Source of the DNA: Heterodontus francisci
Taxonomy: Eukaryota
Length of the DNA stretch: 64,000 bases
Reading direction: 5' to 3'
NCBI RefSeq assembly: GCF_036365525.1
Contig: NC_090392.1
Location: forward strand, 72,370,345 to 72,434,344
A model generated the notes under the pieces. The model saw nothing but the letters and a program-made list of their open reading frames with translations, ran no database searches and had not been told where the DNA came from. Of the stretch, positions 13,740 to 27,190 are shown one piece after another; the first letter of the stretch is position 1, and every line of letters starts with the position of its first letter. Both the position numbers and the translations under genes were made by a program.

Positions 13740-14530
13740 TTCTCATGTGAAGCAGTGCTGGCAAGACCCCCTTAAGAACTGCTGGATTGCCAAGCTCATG
13801 GAGCATGGCAGGAGAAGAGGAGAGGGGGTGTCAGTGTTCCCCGTTCCCTGCAGCAGCCATTCCCAGTAGAGAAGATGTTCATATATTGTCCCATTCCACT
13901 TCAAGGAATTGTTGAAGTTACAGAGAGTAAGCAATTCTTGGCAACTACTATCTTGTCAGACATGTGTACAAGCTTCCAGCACAATTGACCCTCTCACTCA
14001 AAGATCACATAAACGTGGCCAGAAACCACTTGAACATTCATTGTGTGACATCCTTTCCTGTTGAGAAATGCAGTAGAGTTAATGTGTGGAGCCCTGATGG
14101 TCATATGGGTTCTATGTCTTAACTCTTGGAAGCCTGACAGCTGGTGAAAGCTCCGTGTTGTCGCCGGTTGGTGTCTCCTTACTACAGGGGAAGTGGTAAC
14201 AGTGGTTCTGGCAAACATGGTGCCAGCCACTTCCTTTATGATTGCAGATGGCTTATCTGGCTGAGTCTGTTGGGTTGGCTCAGAAGGAACGTGTTGCATT
14301 GGGGTTTAAGGCCATTGGGATCCTCACCCTCATCGAAAGAACCATCTCAGCCCTTGGAAGTATTTGCAGGTTAGCACACAGCAAGTGGCATAGCTCATTC
14401 ACTGCCCCTTCCATGAACTGGAGGTGACAAAGAAAGGGTTCCTCTGATATACCCAGGTAGAAGTGATGTGATTGCCAATGCAGGTCCTTGGGTATTGATA
14501 GGAGCACACTTCCTGCATGAGGGGACATTA
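13740..14530 (-). mobile_element. Harbinger/PIF transposase (HARBI1-like) remnant; duplicate at ~35945-36705
   Basis: THMTIRAP...FLNRKGCHTMNVQVV resembles the Harbinger DDE motif DCTHVAIRAP...NRKGxHSxNVQ. Confidence 0.8.
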
Positions 14531-14928
14531 AGTTTGAATTCTCTTGTGAAATTGCCAAACCTATCAAGTTCTGACAGCCCAATGGCAACAGTCGTAGAGA
14601 GCTCCACCCTCCCAACTCAGTTGTCAAGGTTGTATGAAATTCTTACTTAGTAAACTAAAAACTGGGCCAAAACCCAGAAAAGCGCAGGAAAAAATATCAT
14701 TTAAGATGTCGTGTGCAATAAATAAATAGATAAATGTTTATGGCAACAATAAATATAGTTCACCAACTCAAACAACAGCAACCTTGCTTTATAGATTGAG
14801 CAAAAGCAGACTAGGCCCATTGCGCTGTCATGAGCTCATTTAATTGGGTGATAGACATGCTGGGGATGGGCCAGTAGTCATGAAATCGAGTGTCAATTTC
14901 ACCTGAATAACTTGTAATTACAGTAGAA

Positions 14929-16314
14929 CAAGATTGTCCAACCTTTTCGGGCAGAGGGCCACATTGCGATTTTTGCTTGGCCCAGGGTGCTGGAGAGCAA
15001 ATTTCGAAAGATAAAGGCTTTAAAAATGTATTTTACTAATAAAAACAACAACAAATGAGCATTTTTATGAAGAAGCTTTAAATGAAAAGACTAATTTATT
15101 GACTTACTTTCTCGTCACTTTGTTGAAAATTGATTTAGTGACATTCCTGGCATTGTTTTTGCTTGCATAAGTAGTCAATCTCTGCCCGCACACTTGATGT
15201 AGCGATGCAGAGTATTCTGGATAGATTTCCATCTATCAGGAGAGACCTTTATCTCTCCCCCCTCTCCCCACGCTCACTCTCTCTGTGTCTCTATCTCTCT
15301 TTCAAAGCCTACCCCCCTTCCCTCTCCCATCTCTAGGAGTGGGGGACACAGATTGAAAGTTTTGGGCAAAAGCTGCAGGGAGAATATGTAGAAGCACAAT
15401 TTTACACAGCGGGTGGTAATGACCTGGAACTCTGCCCACAAGGGTGGTGAAAGCGGAGACAATGATGTCAAGAGGATGTTCGATAGCCACCTGAGAGAAA
15501 TAGACTTTGCAGGGCTATGGGGATCGAGCCAGGGAGTGGGACTGACTGCATAGCTCTGTGGAGAGCCGTCAGACTCGATGGGCCGAATGGCCTCCTCCTG
15601 TGCTGTAAGTAAATGACTAATGGTTAACTCGACCGCCATCTCTGTCTCTCTCCCTCCCCCCCTCTGTCTGTCTGTCTCTCTGTCCTTCTCTTCCCCCACC
15701 CTGTATCTTTCTTTCCCCCCACCCCTCACCCCATGTCTCCCATGTACCCTGCCCCATGTTCCCCACTCCTGACTCAGTGTTCCCCACTTACTGTTTCCCA
15801 CTCCTGACTCCGTGTTCCCCGCTCTCCACTCCGTGTTCCCCGCTCTCCACTCCGTGTTCCCCGCTCTCCACTCCGTGTTCCCCACCTTTCGCTCAGTGTT
15901 CCCCGCTCTCCCCTCGATGTTCCCCGCTCCCCGCAGAAGCCATTCCTACAACCAGATACTTACCATGCTTGTTTTATTTAAGTTGGGCGAGTGGAGGCGG
16001 GAACCTGCCCAGTCTGCAGGATACAGGACATTTACTGAATCAGCGCAAGCAGCAGGTGTGGCCAATCCCAGAACGCCTGTGCCACATTCTACCAATCCGA
16101 CTAACGCTGCCTGGGCAGCCCCTGTCTGTCACAGGGAGTGATCAATCACAGACAGGGGACCCCCTGCCTGTCAGACATAGGTCCCACCTACACCCTCCGC
16201 CGGACGTACATGGCAGTTATCAATCAGAGCTGAGGCACAGGCAGATTGGAGGGCTGAATGGAAACCTTCAGTGGGCTGGATTCTGGCCCGTGGGCAGTAT
16301 GTTGAACAACCCTG
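14929..16314. mobile_element. Non-autonomous hAT (Charlie-group) DNA transposon
   Basis: Imperfect TIRs CAAGATTGTCCAAC / GTTGAACAACCCTG, 8-bp TSD-like CAGTAGAA / GTCTAGAA, empty site CACTAGAA in copy B (~40985). Confidence 0.75.
15756..15935. repeat. 21-bp minisatellite (CTCCGTGTTCCCCGCTCTCCA)n inside the hAT element
   Basis: Direct tandem units; give the 7-aa GNTEWRA periodicity in the ORF track. Confidence 0.9.
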
Positions 16315-18739
16315 GTCTAGAAGGTCTGCTTCCGTTTGTCCCCCGAAATTGCAAAGTTCAGTACGTTAGGAATTGGCTTGAGGTTGTCCGCACTGGGGAG
16401 CCTCGTACAATTGGGGCTGTTGTATTAGGTCTTGTTTGTTGTACCGTTCCAATTTATAAACTGTTAACTGTGGACTGCTATTTAGTCTTTTAGAATGTTC
16501 TTACAATGTGATATATAGAATTGCAACTGCTCGTTATGTATAAAAGCTAAAGTAAATAGTGAAAAGCAATATATTCTGAAAAAACATTTGTCTTTTGGCT
16601 CATTATAACCGGTAAATATACAGCAGATGCAAGTGCAGCTCTGTTACGAGATAAAGAATTATATTGCATGCAAACTTTCAAACTGAGTCACCAGAATATT
16701 GCCTATGGTTTGTGTTGAATCTGTGATTTAAAATAAAAAAATCTATCTGGGGAGGTTCCCAATCAGCATCAGGGAATGTCGAGCATGCAATTTCTGTGAT
16801 TTCCTACACAGCTGTTCCCTCCTTCACCCATAGCTAAGGTTGGTGGATGAGCTCAGCAGTGAGAGAGACTGCCAGATTTTTTTTTGATTCATTCCTGGGA
16901 TGTGGGCGTCGCTGATTAAGCCAGCATTTATTGCCCATCCCTAATTTCCCTTGAGAAGGTGGTGGTGAGCTGCCTTCTTGAACCGCTGCAGTCCATGTGG
17001 GGTAGGTACACCCACAGTGCTGGTAGGAAGGGAGTTCCAGGATTTTGACCCAGCGACAGTGAAGGAACGGCGATATAGTTCCAAGTCAGGATGGTGTGTG
17101 ACTTGGAGGGGAACTTGCAGGTAGTGGTGTTCCCATCAATTTGCTGCCCTTGTCCTTCCAGGTGGTAGTGATTGCGGGTTTGGAAGGTGTTGTCTAAGGA
17201 GCCTTGGTGCATAAGCCATAATTGTAATTAAGGATGTTTCTTACATGAAATGAAATATTTACCTTTTTTAAAAAAAGAATTACAGTTCCCCAAAGAACCT
17301 TCATCTTAATTGCTGTTGTATCTCTTCATGTGATAACCATGCTGACTTGGTAAAACTCTTATGACAGAGTCTGGAAACAATGGAAGATTACACAATTACC
17401 ATGCTCTGCACAGTACTCTGACCATTCCTTTTCCTTTGGATATACCTAAGTGGAGAACGGAGCACATGAACATGAAGACAATTGCTACTAGTTAGCTAAT
17501 GTCAAGCATAGGTTTTAAGGATCTATATATTGTACAGGCTATGGGGAGAGTTAGGAGAGAAACTGATGGAAGACGTGGGTTCAGAGTTAGGGCTTGTGTG
17601 CGAGGGAAGAGGAAGCAACAGAGGGAGCTCAACTTATGGTATCAATCTTGGTTACAAAGAAGTCCATTACTGGAGGTGAGGGGGTGGGGCACAGAGGGTA
17701 AAGGAGTCAGGTGGGAGTGGAGGAAAGAAGGCAGAGATTATTTTTGTGTCCAGAATGATTCTGGAGTAGTGGGCAGTTTTCGTGGAGGAGGGTGAGGCCA
17801 ACTAGTGCTTGATATGGTCCAGCCACATCTGATGATGGATGGCTAAACCAGTTGTGCACCAGATACGCTCAACTCTGCTTCCCTTAGACCTGAGGAACTG
17901 AAGATAGGGGCCATACCGTAGAACGAGTGGACTGGGGGTAAGTGAAGGTTTTACTGGGGAACAAGAAATCAGACATGGAAGCAAGGGAGTGGTTCAACTC
18001 CACACAGATCAGGGATGGAACCTGGAGCTGTTTTCCAGTAAGGTTTAGTACCTACTGACCATTCGAAGTGTTCCTCCATCTTACAATCTTAAACATTCTG
18101 TGCATTTTCAAATGTGCTCCTCAATGTCAGAAATAATTTTAATTAATGTTTTATTTGTATCTGTAGAACACAATTATGAGACACAGCTTGTTGTTACTAA
18201 TGAACAGGATAACCATGATAGAGAAACCCTATATATAATTGAGGTTTAACTATATCGTCACATTTTTCAGCCATTAACCACTTAGCCAGAAACGTAAATC
18301 CTACCATATGTTATTTAAAATCAACCTGATGATGAGCTGGCTGTTTTGAGAAGAGCTAGTTTTGCATCTACTCCCTGAAAGTAAAACAAGACAGGGAGGA
18401 AAACCAGGACTGAAACAGCCTGCTGCTTGATGGAATCTTAATTTTATCTGTCTCAAAAGCACTGAATATTTGAAGGAGGGAAAAAGTTGCACGGATATGG
18501 GGCAAGAACTGGGCACTGGGACTAACAGCTTTGCTCTTTGAAAGAGCTGGCGCAGATGTGATGGGCTGAATGGCTGTACCAGTCTATGTTTCTATGCGAC
18601 CTGATGTGATGTGGTGATATAGCATAACTGCAATCAACTCCACTTATCTTGCTTAGGAAACTGTACTGGTTTACCTTTATTATTGAGAACGGGGGTTTTC
18701 AGAAACATTCACTCCAACTATGGATTTACTTCTCTCTCT

Positions 18740-19051
18740 CAAGGACAGGGCTGTTTGCAGCAACTTTACAGTCACCAGATACAATTGACCACAGTGGTAA
18801 CTAGTTTATTGTTTAATTAGATTAGAGAGGCATCGACTGGTAACTTTGTTAATGTTTGATGGACGCAAACACTGAGAGGTCAAAAACATGATCCTTGATC
18901 CTATGTTTCCACGTGAAAGAAAATGTAACTCAAATTAGTTAACTGTTGCTTCACTTATCAGATGTGCTAGATAACATCAAGCTAATAAACCTCAGAAATC
19001 TGAGGATCAGAAAGCAGCCGCACTGCGAGCAGGAGGACTAATTTGACCCAG
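18740..19051 (+). promoter_or_regulatory. Putative promoter and non-coding exon 1 of gene 2
   Basis: TGTTTGCAGCAACTTTAC module, paired GATA (CTTATC 18954, AGATAA ~18969), TAATAAA, donor CAG|GTAAGA after 19051; homologous blocks precede genes 3 and 4. Confidence 0.6.
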
Positions 19052-22000
19052 GTAAGAGATGCTTCTTCTGTTTCCCGAGATTTAAACAGCAGTGCATGAA
19101 AACCAGTAAAATTACAAGAAAATGTTCTTCAGTGACAGTTCAATGAAAAGCTTTTTGATATCCAATTTTGTTCAGGTCCCCAAATTGCTCTGTGGCTAAG
19201 TTACCAATGTGGCATTGAGCCACATAGACAGGGAAAATCCCTGGTCCATTACTTGGTCTGGGTTGAGTTAGTTAGTCCGTGAAAGTGGCACTACAATTGT
19301 TGTCAGCAGCCCTGGACAAGGGAGAGGAGAAACCATCTCGATCTCCCACTCATGGTGCCTATTCCTTTGAAATCTTATTGTGACTCTGTGGCTAATTGGT
19401 TGTTTTCTATACAGCCAAGGGAACTTCCTCGAAACCTGGAGGAAATGACTGACCACCTTTATATTTGCTATTAGATACAATAAGTGTGACAAATAAGTTA
19501 GCATCCGTGACACAATGTGATGCCTGAAGTGTATCGCAAACTGTTACAGATCTATAGACAGAAGGAATCAATGTTTTAGAGGCCATGTTGTGAACAAAAT
19601 GGTTGAATCCTTGTAGGTAATCATAGGATCAATTTGTGATAACTGACCACATCACTCCGACTGAGGTTGTTTCATCACAAATTTGAACATCTCCAACAAG
19701 AAATTAATTAGTTTAAATTTCTGCATTTCATACAATGCAAACAAGCTAATTTCGTGTGAAAGGTCTATTAAATTTTAAGGGTTTGTTCATAAGGCAATGG
19801 TAGTGTCTCTGCAAAGAAGCTCTTGTTTCACAGTGATGCTGACGTTATAGTAAAACTGCGGAGTCATGTCCGGAGAAAAGTAGTGTGGGAGTCCCTGGAG
19901 GAGGCATTCTCATGCCAAGTGCGTTTCGAGAGCTCTTGGGCTGTAATTCTAAGGTGGTATGAACTTTGATACTGAATGTCTCCAGGAGACCTCTCTGGCT
20001 TCTTACCACTTCCTCACTTGACTCATTGTTGATTGAATATTTAGAGCTTGCAGTTACACTCTAAGTAGCTCCTAACAACTGGGGGTTCGGCACCTGCCTG
20101 TGGACAAGGAGAGACCTGTCTACCTAGGTAGGATTGCTGTCAGAACCAGGCAGCCCAAACCGATAAGCATAGATGCATCTTGATACTTGTAACTGCAGTG
20201 TTTTGCATCATTTTACTTGGGATTTAAGAAAAGGAACACAGGTTATGCATTGCCTGGAATAGTTGGAACATAAAGCTATCTCTGCCAAGATCATTGCTTC
20301 ATCATCTAACTCGGGGGAAACAACATTTCAGTTTTCCGCACCGGTTCTTGTTCCAGCTTTTCTGATTGAGATTATCAAGTTAGCGCCGACTAGTTCCAAG
20401 TTGCACGCAGCTGGGTGTCCACCAGTACTGGTTTTCACAAACGACTTGGCACATCATTCTACGATGAATTTAAGCCCAGACGTAAAAGAACATAGTGCTA
20501 ATCCACTAAATCACATAAACCTAATGCTGAGCGCTTTCTTAACCAGGTACTGGAGAAATATATAAAACTAATTGTATGTGCTTTTATTGAAATTACTATC
20601 ACTAAGCATAAATAAATCTATTGGATTAGATATCAGTTTAAAAAATTATGTTTCTAAATATTAATTTTGGAAAATGAATGGTTCATTGCATTGTTTTTGA
20701 TATTTAGAAGCCTGCTGTATGTATTCTTTTTACAACATTTCTTCTGTCATTATCTATGGCTCATATAATAGATGCTGTCATTTCATTAAAAATGGCTGTG
20801 TTTGAGAGGTTCTAATGTGCAGTGACCAAAGTTCAGTAAAATGACAAGAAATAACTTCCTGACAATTTGAGAAGGTTTGAACTGATCATACCAAAACCAT
20901 TTGGGGGCAGAGTGGAAGTTTCATGAGACATGAGCATTTTTGGAAGAAGAGAAGACCAGCAGGAGTTTGAAAGATTAGCAGCTTATTCACCTCAATAGAT
21001 GATGGTAGGCAGTTCTCGGGAGTGAACACCTTTCCCCAAGTATTCTCACCCAGTGTTAGCATCAAGCATCCAGGTCAGTACAGAACCGTCAACTGCACAA
21101 AATATTCTTTTACTCTGCCCCAATCTTGGGAAAAACACACTTTCCTGCGTTAGTGTGAATATTTCCACTTCTCACGCCAGCCTTTCACACGGCCGTTCTG
21201 AAGATTGCTAATTTTTGTCTGATCTGTCTTCTTCCCAACTTGTAGCAAGAGGACTAGCTAAGCGATCTATACCCATACCAATCAGTTATCAAATAGTAAA
21301 CCTTGTAGAGTTATTACTGACGGGAACTGATGAACAGTCAGGTTAATAGGTTAAACTAATGATCGGACACAAGATAAAAATTATGACTAAGAAAGAAAGT
21401 CTGGTGAACTTTTTTTTCATCCATAGCCCAATAGAACTGTGGACCTTGAAACATACGATAAGTAGAAAATAGAGAGACGCTTTTGGTACGATGGGTTGCT
21501 ATCTAGTAGCTGGTAGGCTGAGTTACTCAAACCTGTTCCACATAGAACCCTTCCAACCAGCAGAGAGAAAGAGCAACTTTCATGTTATCAGTCTGGGCTG
21601 GATTTTGACTCGGGTTCTACAATAAGCAGTCACATTTACTCAAACGAAGGAAATAAGTGGTCTGTAAAACTCCAAGAAGATGCAAGAACTTCTTAAAAAT
21701 TAGTAATATGTTCCTGTACTTTTACCTGTTTGCATTCTCTGTAATGGTGCGATAGCAAAGGCTTAAAAGGTTAAACAGAAGAAATTTGGATTAGACGAGG
21801 CCACGCTTGGGTTTTGTGAGCCTGATCATACAAAGAAGTGAAAATTTAGAGACCGACAAATTCCACAGTTTTGATGCGCTGAGAAAGAAATATCTGAAGA
21901 ATTAACATTCTGCAGAACAGAAAGCATTAAAGATTGATTATAAGAATGAGATGGCAGGGAGAATAGAAATGGGTTTGTCAACTACCCAGGATCTGGGAAA

Positions 22001-22218
22001 ATCTTATCTTCCATCAGACTCCTATGAGTTACTCCAGTGACTTGAACAAACCAAACTATAATCTTTACTAATTATCTAATTCTATATTTACTTTGTATGT
22101 TTGGTAATGAATTGTATGGATGATAATGAGCTCTCTATTCCGTAAATTGTTGTAAATATAATGATTATATACATTTAATTCTCTAGCCTTCACAGTGGTT
22201 TGAGGACCGGACACCATC

Positions 22219-22261
22219 ATGAAGATATTTGCAGTTACTTTGGTACTCCTTGTGGTCAAAG
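22219..22261 (+). CDS. Apolipoprotein-like gene 2 (231 aa), signal-peptide exon MKIFAVTLVLLVVKG
   Basis: TTCACAG acceptor ending at 22195, CATCATG, 43 coding nt, G|GTAAAA phase-1 donor. Confidence 0.9.
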
Positions 22262-24331
22262 GTAAAAAACAAAAACTCTTCAAACTAACACAAAACACAA
22301 TGAACATTGAAAAGAAAACAATACTGTAGAAAATCACAGCAATATACAATATATAACATTGACACTTTCAGTTTGTAGCTTCCATTGCCTGTGTAGTGCA
22401 GGGAGCACATGGCACGATAGATAAGAACAGATGCAATAAAGTACATTACAACACATTTCCTACATCGCTGAGCAGCAGAATGCAAACTCAATTTGTCACA
22501 GCCACCAGATGTCCCAAAGCATTTTACAGCCAATGAAGTGCTTTTTTTGAACTGCAGTCACTGAGCTACATTTCTGTGATCAAACATTTCTCCACATTTT
22601 GCACTATATATCAGCATTCGACAATCCCACCTCAGCACAGAGTGAGCCAGATGCAAACTTAAGCTACCTACAATCTACCCCCATGCATTCATCAGGATGA
22701 AGGATATTAGTGCTGGAGAATGAACATACAAACATACAAATTAGGAGCAGGAGGAGACCCCTCGAGCCTACTCCGTCATTCAACAAGACCATGGCTGATC
22801 TGATTGTAACCTCACATAGCACATTCCTTTCAGTTATCCATTGAGTTTATGATTTAAGCTGCATTGTTAACAATTAATAATTATAGTAATTAATAATAAC
22901 ACAGACACGATGGGCCTGAAGGCTTCCTACTGTTGTAACCATTCTTTGATTCCATTCTATGGGACTACTTCAATAGGAGGAGCAGAAGGTAAACAGAGGC
23001 CTCTCCTCAGGTACTACTTGTACAGCCATCTTAAAATGGCCTTGGTAAGATTATGGGAACAAAGGTCACCTAACATGCGACCCAGTTAGACTGGAGGTGA
23101 TGTCAAATGATTGACTGCCAGAGAACACTCCGTGGGCCTAGCCTAATGCTATGACTTTGATTGACATCTCTAAGTAAAACTAACGTATTAAACTGGAAAT
23201 TATTATATATCACAGATTGTTTGTTTACCAAATTAGGATTATTTTGTGAAGCTGTCCAGATTTAAAGCAAATCTCTTTAATGTGGGTCTTCAGTTTTCCT
23301 TTATGTAAGGTTATCTTCAAAATAAACTGTAGTGAGATTAATTTTTTCTCACAGCTGTGAGGGAGGGAACGCTGCCTAGTCGTTTAGATGAGACTTGAGA
23401 CTGATACCCTGGCTGCTCTGGTAGTGCAAGATCCAGGACACTATCCGTAGAGGGGCTGCAAGTTTTCCCAGTGTCCTGGCCAACATTCCTCTCTGTACCA
23501 TGATCATCCATGCTTCGCATTTTTGGGATCTTGCTGTGCATATGATGGCTGCTTCAAAGTAATTAGTTGCATGCGAAGCACTTTGAGATGTTTCGGTGAG
23601 GCGGACACACTTGCTTATTGTGCTTTAATGTTAGAAATATGGAGCTAGCAGTTGGGTCACAACACTTGCTCTGTGTGACCACGGGCAAGGGAGAGCAAAG
23701 GCTCCTGCTCCTCATTGATATCCAGTACCGTCAGGTGTCTATGGACATCAGGCAAGATAGACTTGTATTTAAATAAATCTTGTCACAACCACCCAAGGCA
23801 TTTCACAGCCCATGAAGTGCTCTTTTGAACTGTAGTCAATGTTATAATGTGAGAAATGTGGCTGCCAATTTACACACAGCAAACTCCCACAAACTGCAAT
23901 GTGATAATGACCAGATCATCTGATTTTGTAATGATGATTAAGGGAGAAATATAAGGCACCACTGAGAAGCTACCCCTGCTGCTCTTCAAAATAGTGCTGT
24001 GGGGTCTGTTACGTTAGTTTAACATCTCATCTGAAAGGCACCACCAGAGTTGCAGCCTTGATTTAAAGGCTCAAGGCCTGGAGTGGGACTTGAACCCACA
24101 GCCTTCTGACTCATAACTAAGAGTGCTATCCACTGAGCCACCGCTAGCACTAGAACTATTATTAGGCTGCAGGCACCCTTCAACCTGTACTGCAGCAAGG
24201 ATCAGGTCTCCAGGGGAGGACACTGAGGGGAAAAAAATATCCAAATTAGTCATGGCATTAGGGAGGTCTTTACAAAAATCATCCATAAAAATAACCACTA
24301 AACAGGTTTTTTTTTCTACGTTCTTTCACAG

Positions 24332-24485
24332 GAATCCAGGGTGGTGTCATCCCCCAGGATGAATCCAAATCCAACCAATCCATGCACTGGCAGCAACCTT
24401 ACTGGGACGTATTCAATATCGGGAGTGACATAGCCAGGGCTGCTTTTGGGGTCTTGGCACAGTCTGAGAAGGTCAGATCAGCTAT
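24332..24485 (+). CDS. Gene 2, coding exon 2 (IQGGVIPQDESKSNQSMHWQQPYWDVFNIGSDIARAAFGVLAQSEKVRSA)
   Basis: TTTCACAG acceptor, 154-nt open exon, AT|GTAAGT phase-2 donor; same phases as gene 1. Confidence 0.9.
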
Positions 24486-24739
24486 GTAAGTATCTAATTA
24501 CCAGCTATTAAAACTATCAAATGAACTAACTTCAGTGTGTAGTTCTACCTGTCTCTCCACCCTTAAGGCACTCCTGACCAAGGGCTGCCTGTCCCAATAT
24601 CTCCTTATGTGGCTTGGGATATGAGTTTGTTTGATAATGCTCCTGTGAAGCAGCTTGTGACATTTTATTCTGTTAAAGGCAGTATATAAATACAAGTTGT
24701 CCTGGTTCTTGTAGTAGTAATATAAGTCAGTAATGTAAG

Positions 24740-27190
24740 TCGTCTTCTTCTTTGGCCTCCTTATCTTTAGAGACAATGGGTAAGCGCCTGGAGGTGGTCA
24801 GTGGTTTGTGAAGCAGCGCCTGGAGTGGCTATAAAGGCCAATTCCAGAGTGGCAGGCTCTTCCACAGGTGCAGCAGAGAAATTTGTTTGTCGGGGCTGTT
24901 ACACAGTTGGCTCTCCCCTTGCGCCTCTGTCTTCTTTCCTGCCAACTACTAAGTCTCTTCGACTTGCCACACTTTAGCCCCGCCTCTATGGTTGCCCGCC
25001 AGCTCTGGCGAACGCTGGCAACTGACTCCCACGACTTGTGATCAATGTCACAGGATTTCATGTCGCGTTTGCAGACGTCTTTAAAGCGAAGACATGGACG
25101 GCCGGTGGGTCTGATACCAGTGGCGAGCTCGCTGTACAATGTGTCTTTGGGGATCCTGCCATCTTCCATGCGGCTCACATGGCCAAGCCATCTCAAGCGC
25201 CGCTGACTCAGTAGTGTGTACAAGCTGGGGATGTTGGCCGCCTCGAGGACTTCTGTGTTGGAGATACGGTCCTGCCGCCTGATGCCAAGTATTCTCCGGA
25301 GGCAGCGAAGATGGAATGAATTGAGACGTCGCTCTTGGCTGACGTACGTTGTCCAGGCCTCGCTGCCATAGAGCAAGGTACTGAGGACACAGGCCTGATA
25401 CACTCGGACTTTTGTGTTCCGTGTCAGTGCGCCATTTTCTCACACTCTCTTGGCCAGTCTGGACATAGCAGTGGAAGCCTTTCCCATGTGCTTGTTGATT
25501 TCTGCATCTAGAGACAGGTTACTGGTGATAGTTGAGCCTAGGTAGGTGAACTCTTGAACCACTTCCAGAGCGTGGTCGCCAATATTGATGGATGGAGCAT
25601 TTCTGACGTCCTGCCCCATGATGTTCGTTTTCTTGAGGCTGATGTTTAGGCCAAATTCATTGCAGGCAGCCGCAAACCTGTCGATGAGACTCTGCAGGCA
25701 CTCTTCAGTGTGAGATGTTAAAGCAGCATCATCAGCAAAGAGGAGTTCCCTGATGAGGACTTTCCGTACTTTGGACTTCGCTCTTAGACGGGCAAGGTTG
25801 AACAACCTGCCCCCTGATCTTGTGTGGAGGAAAATTCCTTCTTCAGAGGACTTGAACGCATGTGAAAGCAGCAGGGAGAAGAAAATCCCAAAAGGTGTGG
25901 GTGCGAGAACACAGCCCTGTTTCACGCCACTCAGGATAGGAAAGGGCTCTGATGAGGAGTCACCATGTTGAATTGTGCCTTTCATATTGTCATGGAATGA
26001 GGTGATGATACTTAGTAGCTTTGGTGGACATCCAATCTTTTCCAGTAGTCTGAAGAGACCACGTCTGCTGACGAGGTCAAAGGCTTTGGTGAGATCAATG
26101 AAAGCAATGTAGAGGGGCATCTGTTGTTCACGGCATTTCTCCTGTATCTGACGAAGGGAGAACAGCATGTCAACGGTCGATCTCTCTGCACGAAAGCCAC
26201 ACTGTGCCTCAGGGTAGACGTGCTCGGCCAGCTTCTGGAGTCTGTTCAGCGCGACTCGAGCAAAGACTTTCCCCACTATGCAGAGCAGGGAGATTCCACG
26301 GTAGTTGTTGCAGTCACCGCGGTCACCTTTGTTTTTATAGAGGGTGATGATATTGGCATCGCGCATGTCCTGGGGTACTGCTCCCTCGTCCCAGCACAGG
26401 CATAGCAGTTCATGTAGTGCTGAGAGTATAGCAGGCTTGGCACTCTTGATTATTTCAGGGGTAATGCTGTCCTTCCCAGGGGCTTTTCCGCTGGCTAGAG
26501 AATCAATGGCATCACTGAGTTCCGATTTGGTTGGCTGTATGTCCAGCTCATCCATGACTGGTAGAGGCTGGGCTGCATTGAGGGCAGTCTCAGTGACAAC
26601 ATTCTCCCTGGAGTACAGTTCTAGGTAGTGCTCAACCCAGCGGTCCATTTGTTTGCGTTGGTCAGTGATTATGTCCCCTGATTTAGATTTGAGGGGGGCG
26701 ATCCTCTTGATGGTTGGCCCAAGAGCTCTCTTAATGCCATCATACATTCCTCTGATGTTTCCGGTGTCTGAGGCCAGCTGAATATGACTGCATAGGTGTT
26801 GCCAGTTGTCGTTTGCGCAGCGCCTGGCTGTTCTTTGTGCAGTGCTTCTGGCTGCTTTAAGTGCTGCGGATGTTAAATCGCTGGGGGCTTTCTTGTAGTT
26901 CAACAGTGCAATGCGCTTAGCGGCTATGACAGGTTCCAGCTCTTCATTATGAGATTGAAACCAGTCTGCATTTCTCTTCGCACTTTTGCTGTAGGTGGTC
27001 AAAGCTGACTCATAGATGGCGTCTCTGATGTGGGCCCACTTGGTCTCAGCATCCCCTGTGGGAGTGTTTTGAAGGGCTGTTACAAGTGTATTTAGAAATT
27101 TTTGGAACAGCTGTGGGTGAGAAATTCTGCTCGTGTTGATGCGCGGGTGGCCCTTCTGCTTGGAATGATGCAATTTCTTTGGTCTGAGTA
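24740..27190 (-). mobile_element. RTE-clade LINE, 5'-truncated, mostly intact RT
   Basis: 629-aa ORF with RT motifs (QCGFR, FIDLTKAFD, GVKQGCVLAP, LLFADD), frameshift near 25440 into a C-terminus with RLRWLGHV and CxxC..SH..C zinc finger; GAA-repeat tail. Confidence 0.93.

Noticed and set aside
15274-16493. Long ORFs of 203 and 245 aa with 7-aa repeats
   Set aside because: Produced by the 21-bp minisatellite and low-complexity sequence inside a hAT element; no splice or domain support
17499-17795. 98-aa ORF duplicated at 42383-42685
   Set aside because: Lies in a near-identical duplicated tract of repeat-like DNA with no recognisable domain
22068-22349. 93-aa minus-strand ORF almost identical to 47444-47725
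   Set aside because: Antisense to the signal-peptide exon inside a homogenised tract; the identity reflects DNA-level conversion, not coding constraint
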